Below, in pieces: positions 27,990 to 41,984 of a DNA stretch of 64,000 nucleotides. The notes under the pieces are model-generated. The model had not been told where the DNA came from and did not search any database. It was given only the letters and a program-made list of their open reading frames with translations. The stretch is from contig NW_024704743.1 in assembly GCF_018977255.1 (NCBI RefSeq), forward strand, positions 9,550,001 to 9,614,000. The letters run 5' to 3'. This DNA comes from Callorhinchus milii (Eukaryota). How positions within the stretch are numbered: position 1 is the stretch's first letter; every line of letters starts with the position of its first letter. A program made the position numbers and the translations under genes.

Positions 27990-30874
27990 ACCCACCCACA
28001 TTTCCCTTCAAAATGTCCGTTCCCTCACCATCCATGACCTCATCCTGGCAGAGCACCTCAACATTCTTGGGCTCACAGAAACCTGGCTCTCAACCAATGA
28101 CTTCATCCCCCTCGGTGAAGCTTCCCCTCCAGGCTGCACCTTCCACCACACCCCCNGACCAAACCTATGTGGCGGCGGGGTGGCCCTCATCTCCAAAGCC
28201 TCCCTTGGTTTTTCCCCCTACTCATCTGGCTGCTTCCCCTCCTTTGAGCACCTCACCCTCTTCCATCCCTCTCTCTCACTGAAAATCTTTCTGGTCAGCT
28301 GCCCCTCTAAGCCCCTTGGCTCCTTCCTCTCTGATATCTCTACTCTCCTCTCTTCCCTGTCCCTCTGCTCCGAACACCTGCTCATAATGGGCAATCTCCA
28401 CCTAAACTTCCCTTGCACCACTTCTTCTGACTTCACTGCCCTCCTCTCCTCCCTAAACCTCACCGTTCACATCAATTCACCGATCCACAACCGTGGCCAT
28501 GCCTTCGAACCTGTCATCACCCATGGCCTTGACATTTTCGACCTTAGCATAGTGGACAAGGCCATCTCGGACCACTTCCTCATCTTCTTCTCCTCCCACA
28601 TCACTCTCTCCTCCACCAAGCCCTCAACCATACTCTACCGCCCATGAAAAAGGCTACCCCCTGAGACTTCACAAAGGCCCTTACATCCTCAAATATCCTT
28701 CTGGCCATCCACCCGCAGAGATCCTGAAGCAGCCATCCAGCTGCTCCATGATCACCTCTCCTCCACCTTCAACTCTCTCGTCCCCCTGAAATCTAGGACC
28801 ATCTCCAAACCCACCCGATTCCCCTGGTATAACAATCATCTGCACTCCCTAAAAACCCAAACCCGACTGCTCGAGCGCAGATGGCAGAAAATTGGCCTGA
28901 CAGTTCACCAACTGTGGCTCGAGCATCTCCACAGCTACCGCCGTTCTTTGACACGGGCAAAAACGGCCTTCTACACCAACATCATCTTGGAGGAAAAAAA
29001 ACAATCCCAATGTCCTTTTTTCCACCACCCACTACCTCCTCCGTGCACCCCCTCAGGCCTCCTCAATCTTCACATCTAATGCCAAGTGCGAGGAGGTCAT
29101 GGACTTCTTTTCATCTAAAATACACAACATCCACCAGGCAGCCTCATCCACCTGCCTCTTGTCACCCACCAACACGTCCTCTCCATCCCCCTCACCCTCC
29201 CCATCATCGGCTCCTACCACGACCCCCATCCTACATTCCTTCCTCCCCATCTCTCCTTCCTCCCTCTCACCCACCATTACTTCAATGAAACCCACCACCT
29301 GCTGCTTCGATCCCCTGCCACCAACTTCTGGTCACCAGCTCCCCCTCCTCTGCCCACTACTGGCTGATGTCATCAACCAATCCCTCGCCTCTGGATCAGT
29401 GCCTGCCCCGTCAAGACTGCTGTCATCACCCCCCTCCTCAAAAAATCTTCCCTAGATCCCTCAAACCCCAGCCACTACTGCCCTATTTCAAACTTGCCCT
29501 TACTCGCCAAAGTCCTAGAACATGTTGTTGCCAATCAACTCCGCAAACACCTCTCCTCCCATTCTCTCTTCGAACCCCTCCAGTCCGGTTTCCTGCCCAC
29601 AGTACAGAGACTGCGCTTGTGAAAGTCACATCCTCTCTATCTCTGTGACCAGGGCTCCCTCTGCTTCCTTGTCCTCCTGGACCTCTCCTCCGCTTTCGAC
29701 ACAGTCAATCATGCCATCCTCCTCCACCGCCTTTCCTCCATCATCCACCTCAGTGAGACTGCACTCGCCTGGTTCGAGTTCTACCTCATTAACCGCCAGC
29801 AGTACATCTGCACAAATGGCTTTTCCTCCCAATCTCACCCAGTTACCTGCGGGGTACCCCAAGGATCCATCCTTGGCCGCTCCTCTTCCTAATCTATATC
29901 CTCCCTCTTGGGGATGTCATCCGCAGACTTTCACATGTATATGGACAACACCCAACTCTATTATTCCACCTTATTTTGCGACCCCCAATCCCCTGATGTT
30001 CTGTCAGCCTGCCTGTCAGACATCAGGAGTTGGATGAGCGTGAATTTCCTTCAGCTAAATGTTGACAAGACAGAAGCCATACTCTTTGGCTCTCGTCAAC
30101 GTCTAAAATCTCACAGCTCTCACCTCCTCCACTTACCCGACCTCCCCCTAAAACTTTCTGAACCCATACGCAACCGAGGCATCAGGTTCGACCCCCAATT
30201 ATCCTTCCTCCCCCACATCCGGTCCCTCACCAGCACCGTCTCCAACGCATCGCCCGTCTCCACCAATACCTCACTCCTAAAGCCGCTGAAACCCTGGTCC
30301 ATGCCTTTGTCACCTCTCGGCTGGACTATTCAAATGCCCTTCTCACCGGTCTCCCTCCACTACCATTCATAAAATCCAGGTCACACAAATCTCTGCCACC
30401 TGCATTCTTACCCGCACCAAACTCCACTCCCCGATTACCCCAGTCCTTGCCAGACTGCACTGGCTGCCTGTCCCAGAGAGGATCGACTTCAAGATCCTCA
30501 CTCTTGTCTTTAAATCTCTCCACTCCTCTGCACCCCCCTACCTCTCTGACCTCCTCTTGCCTCACAACAGTGCCCGTTGCCTTCGCTCCACCAGGTCTGG
30601 CCTCCTCCTTGTCCCCCAAATCCTCCGCTCCACCATCGGCAGCCGTGCCTTCAGCCACTATGCCCCAAGGCTATCGAACTCCCTTCCTCACTCCCTTCGC
30701 CTCGTCCCTTCTCTTTCTATTTTCCGGTCTCGGCTGAAGACCTTTCTTTTTGACAGTGCCTTTGGTCACCTTCCTCCCCCTCACCCTGGCTCGGCCTTGG
30801 GATCTGTTACTGTGAAACACTCTGAGATGATGTCCGGCACGGAGGGCGCTATATAAATCCAAGTTGTTGTTGTT
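27990..30874 (+). mobile_element. Near full-length decayed L2-clade LINE (APE endonuclease + reverse transcriptase ORF2 + 3' tail), family B
   Basis: Across frameshifts: QNVRSL, LTETWL, GGGVA, SDH (APE); LQSGF, LDLSSAFDTVNH, GVPQGS, YMDNTQLY (RT); SRLDYSNA and LHWLP C-terminal motifs; (GTT)n tail. Confidence 0.9.
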
Positions 30875-31799
30875 TCTGCATGTGTCAGACACCCAACTGA
30901 CCCCAAAAAATTCACCCTAGTTCAGACAGAGCATGGAGTGCAAGTAGGAATCAGCCTGAGTTCCCTCTTCTGATAGCTATCCAGTGATCCCTGCTGGAGA
31001 AGAGAGTTGGCGTAGATCATGGGGAGAGTATCATGAATCAGTTGCTCCCCTTTTCTCATTCCATGTTATTTGACTCTGAGATGCTGCCCCTCTGTCTCTT
31101 GAATAACTCCAGCGTTCTGGCCTCAGACACGTTTGGTAACACTCCATCCAGAGCCAGACCTAAAGATGAGTCAAGATTCAACCGATTCCTCCCTTCCAAT
31201 ATGGTGACATGGAGGAGTACAGTTCCATGGAAACCTTATATGTTTGAGTACAGATAATAGATATTCATAGGTCATTTAACTGGGGAAGGAAGAAGCAATC
31301 ATAATTCCATTCAGTTTAAAATTTGAGTTTGACATTCAATCTCATATGAGTGTGGGTTAATCTGTAAATTTTAAAATAAGAGCAACATCCAGACACAGAT
31401 CTACAGACATTCAAGTGAACTCACATTGTACCCAACATCAGATTGAATATCAACCCGGATTACAATTTGAATATGATGATGTCCCACACAATCCCACAGT
31501 CCATCAAATTATACTTGGAATTATATCAAAACTTTAGTCCATATTTAGATCAAACAGTAACCCAAATGACATTGAGATGACTTGCAGATTGGCCACAGCA
31601 GCAGAACAAGAACACTGATACAGGGTTGCAAAAGGCTACACTTTGACATCACAATGTATTTTTTTAACCACAAATTAAAGATTTGAATGGGTTACCAAGA
31701 GTGTCTGAGGCCAGAAAATTGGAAGGATGTTAGGGTTCATTCATTCAGAACTCTGCCACACGCATATTTACTTAGACCAAACTCTGTACCCACATCTTA

Positions 31800-32220
31800 T
31801 CATTTCTGGCCAGGCTCCACTGGCTCCCCATCACTGAACGGATTCGACTTCAAGATCCTCACACTCATGTTCAAATCCCTTCACTCTCTGGCACCTCCCG
31901 ACCTCTCCGACCTCCTCACTCCTTAATCCATCACCCGGCGCCTCCACTCGACTGGCACTGGCCTCCTGCTCATCCCTCGCACCCCACCATCAAAGGTCGC
32001 ACTTTCAGCCATTATTCCCCAAAACTCTGGAACACTCTCCCTCAATCCCTCTGCCTTGCCTCCTCTCTCACCTTTTTCAAGTCCCACCTGAAAACCTTCC
32101 TCTTCGAGCGTGCTTACAGCCATCTCCCTCCCTCAGCTCAGAGTCAGGCTCTGCCACTGTTAAGCGCTCTGAGACGCTACCCTGCATGGAGGGTGCTATA
32201 TAAGTGTAAGTTGTTGTTGT
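31800..32220 (+). mobile_element. L2 3' fragment, family B
   Basis: Similar to 30445-30874, with (GTT)n tail. Confidence 0.82.
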
Positions 32221-32879
32221 AAGATGTTGATCCTGGAAAAATGGGCCAAATTATGTTTTTCATCTGAACTTCCTTTGTAATCTTCTGAAGACTCAAATCA
32301 AACTGATTCTCAAACTTGAACATAAGAAATGCTAGACGAAAAAAGACCAAGGTCCATTTAGATCGCCTTCCACCTTCCTGGTGATCGGATGCACATATGT
32401 CCCAAACTACCTATGTACTATATCCCATAATGTTATTTCCTAAAAGAAAACTATCTAATCCGTGTTTGAAAGAATCAACACTTCCTGTTTCAACCGTCTC
32501 CCTAGGGCCTTAGTTTCTAACATCCCTCTGCATAAAAAAAACCTCCCTGCTCTCTTCACCCTCACATGTTGAAATTAAAACTCATTCCACCAATTCTTGC
32601 CGAGGACCTGACTCATTGTTTCATTGGACTTAAGCAGTGAAACAACTTAGCTTTCTACATGTGTTCTTTATTCTACAGTCCATTTGCTGTTAAAACCCAA
32701 GTTAGCACTATTTATTTATCTTGTGTCTTTTCTAGTTTCTTACCTTGATGGCATCCCACATTATGGGCCTTGGCCCTTTACCCGGGTTTTTCAATAAAGG
32801 ATGGCAGAGAAAGTACTTGAAAGTATTTTAAAGTTACTATCAACAGTCCTGGAAAGAGCGGAGGATATATAAAGAGTAG

Positions 32880-33170
32880 TAAGGATGGCTTTATGAGCAA
32901 TAGGTCATGCCTCATGAAGCTACAGGAATTCTTTGAAGTAACTAATGTAATGATTAAAGGGTATCCAGTTGATATACTAATATTGTCAGGATTCTTTGCA
33001 AAATGCTAGCTGCATTTTCCAATGAATTTGGAAGTATACAGATTTAAATTAGCTTTATTGAAAATTGGCCTTGCGGCAATGATGATTAGATGCGGTTCTT
33101 CCTGATGTTAGTGACCAGTAGGATTCCCAATAGGAATTCTAGATGCCCTGCTGTTAACACTGTTCATAAA
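32880..33170 (+). mobile_element. CR1 RT fragment
   Basis: GFMSNRSCLMKLQEFFEV resembles the CR1 HGF..RSC.TNL.EFFE motif. Confidence 0.65.
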
Positions 33171-33482
33171 TAATAAATAAGTGCTTCACAAGAGTTACAG
33201 TAAAGTGTAGTGACTGGGGATTTATTGTCGAACACAGCAGTCAAGTTGCACACAGCAATGTGCCACAAACAGCCATGAAAAAATTCCCTTTCTTTTCGAA
33301 TAGTGCCATCGGATCTGACACTATTTTGAAAAGAAAAGTGAGTGTTTCCTGGTGTCCTGGACCAAAAATCCCCAAATATAGATCACAGCATGGCTATTTG
33401 TGGTACATTCCGGTGCACAATTGGCTGCTGCATTTCATCCACAAAATACATTGTCAATCCACTTTACAGTATATACCGTGAA

Positions 33483-33740
33483 GAATAATAATAATAATCT
33501 TTGCATTTGATATAGTGCTTTTTCATGTTTTCTAGACGTCTCAAAGCACTTCACAGAATATATTGTAAAGTGAATTGACTGTATATTTGTGTGTGAAACG
33601 TGGCAGCCAATTGCACATAGCAGTGTCCCACAAACAGTCGTGGATTGAAGAAACCAATTTTTTTNAAGTATTATTATCAGGCGTGTGGAGTAAGGAAACT
33701 TGCCCTGCCGGGAATCAAACCCAAGTCTCTCGCTTGGTGA
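33483..33740 (-). mobile_element. tRNA-Ala-derived SINE, 5' truncated
   Basis: Same body and tail. Confidence 0.85.
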
Positions 33741-36700
33741 AGCATTTTGAGATGCCTGGATAATATAAAATGCAAGAATTATTATTATTATAATGTAATA
33801 TTTCTTCATGACAAGAAGCATGATTGGATAAATTGATGGGGCTCAGAAGAGTCTGGCTTCTAGTACCTCAAAGGGAGTTTCCCCAATGTCCTGGCAAACA
33901 ATCTCCTAAATTAAATTTGTCATTCGCATCATGGTTGTTTGTGGGCATTGTTGTGGTTGCTGCGTTCATCTACAAAATACACAGTCACAACACTTAATCC
34001 TGTAAATCCTACAAAGATTGAGACATCCTCTCAATGTAAAAGGTGCTAATACAAATGTAAGGATTATTAATTTTTTATTATTAGGATCAATTTCAAGATT
34101 CTTTTCTAATCTTAGAGTCCCTCTACAGGCTCTCTTTCCCCCCTGAAATAAAAAAGTACTGAGATGGATAGAGTTTTGTTAGGTGAGGGTATCAAGCAAT
34201 AGCAAAGGAGGGTAAATGGAGTTGAGGTACAAATCAGCCATGATCTAATAGAATGGTGGATAAGGCTTAAGTGGCTGAATGGCCTACTCCTGTTCCTATG
34301 TTCCCCCCTCCCCACCCAAAACATGGAAATTTGTTCAGTCTATGGCCAAGCGTTCAGCTAACATGCCCCATTGTACACACTACATGAATCCTCTTCTAAT
34401 AACTAATTTGCCTTGCTACATTTCTCCTCAAAAACCTCATAAATCTTGTTTTGACCACAAAATATACAGTCAATTCACTTTACAGTATATTCTGTGAAAT
34501 ACTTTGGGACGGGTTGACAATGCAATAAGGCCCTATATCAAATGCAAGGTTTGTTATCATAAAACCAAGTCTGTTGGGATATGCCTTTGGGTCAATCTCT
34601 TTAAATCACTTACTTCCCTGTTCAATGACCACTTAATTTGTGAAGCACTTTGAAATGCTCTTTTATACAAAGGACACTGCATTTGTCAAGCACAAATGCA
34701 GTAAGTTGTATTATTAAAGGAAAAGCAATTTGAGCATAAAGGATAAGGAATGCAAAAATTAAAATGAAGTATAGCACAGAGGTACAAAAAACATGAAATT
34801 TGTACAATACACAAATTCCCTTTGGCAAAGGTGGAAAATGAAATAGATACTGTGTGTGATACTGTGTATTCATTAAATACACTTTCAGCAAGGCTCATGG
34901 AGTACAGGGACACATCTTGAAACTATTTAATTAAAAACTGAAAAACAGGTCACTGTGAAGCAACGTTATTCATTGGTAAGAGTATATTTGGGCTTTTGTG
35001 TGCACTGGGAAGAAGGGAATCTTCCCACTCTTCATTACTCTGCAGAAGGTATGTATATATGAACATCTGGCTCAGTCGAGTAGCCAACTAATATAAGGGC
35101 TCGTACAAGAAGAGTGGTTAATTGTGCAATTCATCGGAAAGCACTTATAGAACTATACTCCAGTAGATGAAAAATGAGTCAAGTGTCTTCAGGAGTGGAG
35201 AAAATTGAAGGAAAATATTTGCAAAACAAAAAATTGTATTCAATACAGTACATTTTTGCAACAAAACTTCTGAAATGGAACAAGTCACTTTGAAGCGTAG
35301 TGGCTGTTGTTATGTAGGCAAATGCAGACTTTAATCATTTTGGCAGAAATGTTCCATACACACCAGTGGGATGAATGATCGATTCATCTATTGCTTTGGT
35401 GAATTTTGATGGGAGAGGAATAAAAGCTAGAAACACCAGTATAATTACTAGCTGTTCTGGAAATAGTGTTGTGTTTAATGTTCATCTGACCAAGCAGACA
35501 TTTGTTTAATATTGCAACAAAGGACAGTTGATGCAACCCTCTCTCACTGCTGTGCTGGAGTGTCAGTCTTGATCCTGTTTCAAGGCTTGAGCATGCTAAG
35601 AGGAATGTTGAATTCAGCAGGTTACTTAACTGCAACCGTGATGCGAGACTAGGAGATGTGAACATAAAGTAAATAAGATCCTGGTGAGGTGAGGGATTAG
35701 AAGAAAGATTTTGTCCCACTGGGTAGTAGATATGTGGAAGACACTCCTATCAGAAGGAATTTATATGACAAAGGGGATTAATACAGAGGAGATTACTTTC
35801 TTTAAAATGCACTTGATTGCTCTAAAAGGCTTTCAAAATTCTTTTTACTGAGTACAACAGCTAAAAATACCAATTTACTGGTGGGAGTCTTTATTAAATT
35901 TTATAGCAACCATATGTATGGTTAGTTTGACTTTAAGTCAAATTTCTAAATGAAATATGTAATACAGATACAGTTTATATATAATATATAAATGATTCAC
36001 TACTGTACATCTATCATCAAAAATAAACATAAGAAAATCTGTAAATACTGTACACATTTGATATTAAAAGGCCATGTGCTCTGTAAATCATAAAAATAAC
36101 AATTGTCTCAGTCTCAAGCGGTAGGATTTGTGTTACTGTTAATTGAGAAATCCCTTATCGTTTCAAATAGTGCCATGTCAACATCCACTTGTATACAGTT
36201 TAAAATCTCATCCAATGAATGCACCTCCGACATTGCAGTGCGCTCCCAGCATTGTATTGAAATGTTAACCTAGAGCTGGAAGATTGAACTTTTGCTTGCT
36301 GATGGCTGGATGCCTTGGGATTTGAGAAACGTCTGTGGGCCGCATAAGCAATATGTTTCCCTTCTAGAACCCGTAAGAATCATAAAAGAATCCTATGTTT
36401 TAAATTGTGTAACTGTATTGCTTAATTTCACTATATTTTAGTTGCAGTGCAAACTTTAAATAGACAATGTAAAATTCATACAAATTTTAAAACATAATAC
36501 ATTTTCATATATAGTTTTAATCCAGGTTTTACAGAAAGCTTCTCTCAATAACAACAATCAACCTTCCGCAATTTACCGCAAAATCAATAAAATCTCTCTG
36601 CAATTTCCCGCCCCACACATCAAACCCAAGTAATTTTGTCATATATTTCCACACTTTTCTATTGGCCCAGTCTATTGCTAAGGTGATGTGCTTGACAACA

Positions 36701-36864
36701 GAACATTGGCATCGAGTCGATCCTAAGTGACAGTCTCAACAATAAGGATTGGTTTAACCTCCTGGAAAGCACACTAAGGACCAATACTCCAAATGCAGGG
36801 CAATGTCCCAACCTTGTCAGAGGAGCCCATCCTATTTCTTCATTGGTTGCCAAATAAATAAACA

Positions 36865-37250
36865 TAATCCTTGCATTTGATACAGTACCTTATCATGTTG
36901 TTGCGATATTCTCAAAGCGCTTCATGGAATATACCTTAAAGTAAATTGACTGTTGAGCACAGCAATGTCCCACAAACAGCAATGAAGTGAAGGACCAATT
37001 TTATTTGGAGATTTTTGGCTAGGACACCAGGAGAAACTCCCTTCTCTTTTTAAGTTGTGCCATGGGATCTTTACCATCTACCTGAACAGGCAGACGGGAT
37101 TTCGGTTTAATACCTGATCTGAAGGACGGCACCTCCACAAATGCAACCCCCACCTCAGCCCTGCAATGGAGTGTCAGCTTAGACAATGTGATTCCAAGTC
37201 CCGACATGGGGCTTATAAACCCACAACCTTCTGTCTCAAAGACAAGAATG
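36865..37250 (-). mobile_element. Deu-domain SINE
   Basis: Similar to 18253-18660; further copies at about 39590-39780 and 61620-61980. Confidence 0.72.
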
Positions 37251-37544
37251 CTGTGAAATTGATGAAAAGAAACTGCAGTAGTATTAAATATCATTTGGAT
37301 CAGCAAGTATTCGAGTGGAAGGCTTGTCACTGAAGCCACATTGGCAGGATATTTCCATTTATTGCAAAATCACTTGACAGAATGGCAGGATCGAGTTATC
37401 TGATCTAAATCTGAGGTACAATGGGGAATTAGCTTCAAAGGCCTCAGATTAGGGATGGCAAAGCCTGTCAGCCTTCCTGATCTAAGATCACTCTTCAAGC
37501 AAGAACCCCTGCTGGAAGTTGGAAAATGGGTGTGAACAGACTAG

Positions 37545-37802
37545 GCTCTGGAACTCTATCCCCCAGTGCCTTCGCCTTGCCTCCTCCCTTTCCTCCTTCA
37601 AGGCCGGTCTCAAGACCTTTCTCTTTGACCGTGCCTTCAGCTCCCCTCTCGACTCTCTACCCCCTCCTCGCTCCCTCCCTTCCCTCCCCTCACCCTGACC
37701 ATTTCCCCCCTGCTCGGGTCCTGACCCAACTGTACAGGGCCTTGGGACGTCCTCCCGACGTGAAAGGCGCTCAATAAATGGAATCTTGTTGTTGTTGTTG
37801 TT
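37545..37802 (+). mobile_element. L2 3' end, family A
   Basis: ctctggaactc...ttgggacgtcctcccgacgtgaaaggcgct...(GTT)n. Confidence 0.85.
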
Positions 37803-38184
37803 GGCTGTGATCCCCCTGCCCCTCACCTGGTGCATAGACTGCAAGTACTAATTGCCAATAACAATTTACATTTATATAGCACTTCTTGTGGGGAAAATTT
37901 GGGTGTCATCAGCATACAGATGGAAGTTGACCCCCATGTCTGTAGATTATATCACCGAGATGGAGCATGTTACCGAGAAAGAGGGAGCTGAGGATAAAGC
38001 CTTGAAGAGTGAAGAATAAATGTCGAGAGGAGAAGAAACATTTATATTTACATGTTGATGTCAAGCCTTATCAGAAGCAAAACATTTGCAAGGTTAACAA
38101 ATACAAGTTGTAGCTTTTGTCCAGCACAATAAATACCAAACTAGATTTCACAAACCCTGAACTGACAGGGTAATTCCATCCACA

Positions 38185-38200
38185 TTGCCCTCTGCTGGCT
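38185..38200 (-). promoter_or_regulatory. CTCF-like core motif
   Basis: Minus strand AGCCAGCAGAGGGCAA resembles the CTCF consensus core; motif match only. Confidence 0.3.
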
Positions 38201-41200
38201 ATTGTCAGTGCAAACTTACATCTGCACTGGTTTGGGAAGGATTTCTGCTTTTCAGGAGATTTGACTTTCAGTAATGAGTTGCAACTAGCATAATCACAAT
38301 TTGGCATTCTGAAGCCGAATCATCATCCCTAATCAAGGATAAATGTTATTGCTTCCTTGCTAACTATTTTAATTCTTTCTTGCCTAGCCTTTTCTTACTT
38401 CAGCTGTACTCACGTCCCCTTTACCCCTCCTTTTCAGCTCCTTAGTCAGGTCCTTCTCAAGGAGCTGACTAATGCAGGATATGATTATGGGCTTCACAGA
38501 CCTTTGAAATGTTGTCCTAAGTGGTCATTCTTAAAATGTCAGCCAAGCTCTCGAATTAACTTGTTTCACCGACAAAATACACCATCATTGTACTTTATTG
38601 TGAATCCTGTAAAGCGCTTTGGGTTGCCATCCTGATATAAAAAGCACTATATCAAATATAAGGAGGATTATTTATAATAACAGGGCTGTCTTCATAAATG
38701 TGTGTGCGTGTGGGGGGGTGGGGGGGGGGGGGAAGGACAGCTGAGTCCTGTTCACAAGAGGTTCAATTTCCACAGAAATCATTTGGCATCTGAGTATCAT
38801 AACCTTGGTTTATTTTTTTTGCACACACTCTCCCTGGCTCCAGGATACCCAGACCCAGATCTGCCTGAGATCATCTCACTCAGCATGAACGAAGAACTGA
38901 ATCATGTGAAAGTGCAAGATTTTAACCCACTGGGTCACGCAGCCATGTGCAATTAAAAAAAACGTTAGTGAACCTTTCTGGTTTGTGTGGCTCAGCAGAA
39001 ATCCAGTCACTACACTGTAAATCTTTTATAGCATTGTGAGATGTTCTCCCAACGGGAAAAGTCACTACATCAAATGCAAGGATTATTATTACCACACCAG
39101 ACAGTGCATTTTATTACTGTCTTATTCAAATTGTTGTTCCATTTGTACTTTATGCTTCTGACAGCTTGCAATTGCACTTTGTATTAACAATATTAAACTG
39201 ATGAAATATTCTGTCACTGTGGTATTTACCTTTTGCAGATTCAATGATCATTGACGATCAGTCTCTTCTCCAAGGTTGAAGAGATCTTAAAGGACAAATA
39301 TCAACAGACACAGTGTGATATTGATGTGTGAGCATTCAGTCTCCTTAAAAACATGAATATGGCTTTGAGTCACACAACCCATCACCTCCACCTTTGTTTT
39401 ATGAGTTTTAATTTTGACTGAATTGTACATTACTCACATGAACTGAATGGGAAGAATCCCTGCCAGTCGAAGTCCTGCTGATGAGCCACCCTGGCTGTCC
39501 CGATACTTTATACCCAAGACCCTGCTTCCCCCACCCCTGCTTCCACCTACCTGGAGGACACTAGTTGATCATTTGATAGCCGACAAGAACACTATCTTTT
39601 CAAATAGTGGCTTGGACAGTCAGATGGGACCTGTTTAACATCTCATTCGAACCCGACAATGCAATGCACATCCAGCACTGCATTGGAGTGTCAGCTTAGA
39701 CTAATGTGAGTTCACGTCCCGATGTGGGGGGTTTGAACCCATAACCTTCTGACCCAGAAGAGAGTGCTACCAGGCTGGCACAAATTGAGCAATGGTTTCG
39801 GCAGTTGGAGGTGCAGAGCTTCCAGTTGTGCAGCAGCTGCTTATATATTCAGATATTAATCAAGATGGATACAAGACATTGGATATTTTAGTGGATGTTC
39901 ACAAACTGACTCCAGGTAATAGCTTCCAGGAACTTTTGTCCCAAGCCATTATTCAACAGGCACCTGCCTTCAGCAAGATAAGAGCACCTACAGAAACAGC
40001 TCCTGACACGCCAGCCAACTGAACATTCTAGAGATACAAGTACAGAGGTACAGGTTTACTCAGGAGTAATCTGGATCCTCATCCGACAAAAAGACATGCC
40101 CACCTTGAAGCTGACTTGATCTCCAGCGTACTGACGACCAGGTCAGTGTAGGTTGGAGCTTCATAAGACACAAGGTCAAAAATATTATGGAAATGAATGA
40201 ACATATGTAGGTGGGTTTCTCCGGGGTCTTACACATTCTAAGATCTCATACAAAGCCACAACCTATCCCACACCCTTCACACAAGCAATGGAATCCAACC
40301 CATTCCATCCTGTTCAAATGCAAGCCTCTAATGCATCCGATATATGTAACTTCCAAAGTACCAACTAAAGAGCCACTGAAATTAATGAGATTCCTTGTTC
40401 GTTCTCAGCCTCATTGGAGTCAAACTTCTTGTGGATCCAGAACTGCACTGGAACACACTGATGGTGTGTATGCACTCTTTCAATTGTCTCAATTCTAAAG
40501 AGAAAAGCTCTAGAAAGTCCATTCTTTCTTGATGGCTATATTCACTCATCCTTAGTAACATCCTTGTAAATCTACTCTTGATACAAATGTAATTTTGTTG
40601 TTTTTGTCATGCCCTCTGCAGGCAAGTGGCCTCACTTAGACTCACCTCCAAGGCTCACAGAAGAACAATGGTCAGTTGGGTGGAGTATTGACAAACAACT
40701 AGCACCCGTGAGGTGCAGAAGCATACACCAACAGGGAGAAAATTAAAAAATTATTGGACTCAATGAATTTCCATAATATAATTGCAGTTGAAAACTTTAA
40801 GTTGCCTTTTTAAATTCGACAGAGTTCCTTGATGGCTCAGTGAGGAAATGCATGATTTGGTGGGCACCATGACAGCAAACATACACTGAGCAGACACACC
40901 AGTGAACAATGGTCAGCTTTGAGAGGAAGAGGAGCAAAATCAAGGGAAGGGAGCACCACAATAAGATGTTAAGTATCCCTCATTACCCAATACAAGCAAA
41001 TGGAAGAATGATATGCAATGCTAAATGGGGAGGGAGAAAAACAGGAGATCTGGCTAAGCTTATGACTTGTATAAATTTAATTATCCTTCTGTTTTATTGC
41101 ACAAGCTACACGACTACAAAGACCAGGTTTGGCAACTTTTTCGGGTTAAGGATCTAAGTTCTCAGAATCAAGACAAGTTTGAATAGCCAAATGATTTTCA

Positions 41201-41984
41201 GAAAGTTGGATTTCAAAGCCAGGCAGATATCTTTGCCAAAGAGGGGCATCAAACCAAATTAAAATCCTGTGGACTGACTTGTACTTTTTGTATTTGTTAT
41301 ATTCCTGCATGCAATATGTTTAATTATGTGATATACCATATTAAGGAGTGTTGCCATGATTATAACAATATTGTCTGATAAATATGGATCGTACTTTATT
41401 GTCCACACAAAAATGTGTGGAAATCAAAAATGTGATTCAACAACTTATTTTCCTTATGACAAATTCAGGAGACATTTCAGGGGAGAATGGTTTCCAGAAA
41501 CCAAAATCTGGGCTGTTGTGTCAGGGAAAAAAAACTCTTTAAAACAAAGTATCTCAGAAATTTCAATCGTACCCACATTTTACGAGCATTCAAAGTCTCA
41601 CCATTACCTATAGAGAAACCAAACGCCACTTGTTAAGAATATCATTTATTACTCAATTTACTTGAATATCCATGACAAAATAAAACAAACTTTACTTTGA
41701 ATTTATACAATGTACATGCATTAACAAATGATACAATTTTACCATTTTTGATTTTATGTATCAGATTTTGTATCAGAACACGTTTTTAACTGCATCTCAC
41801 GAAACTCACTTGTCTGTAACTAAGTGTGTATTTTGTGTTCTTGTGGTGTCTGAGCTGCGCACTGAGCTCTTTCAGCAGTTCTCTTTTATTTAGAAGCAAT
41901 TAGTGAATGAGGTGTACTCAAATAATGAAGCAGCAAACTCGATCTGAATTTTTTAATTTAAAATTGTTTTTGACAGCTTCCCCC

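Noticed and set aside
39229..39285. Exon-like segment on the minus strand (AG ... AAG|GTAAAT)
   Set aside because: Stops in all three frames and no other support; chance splice-like motifs are common
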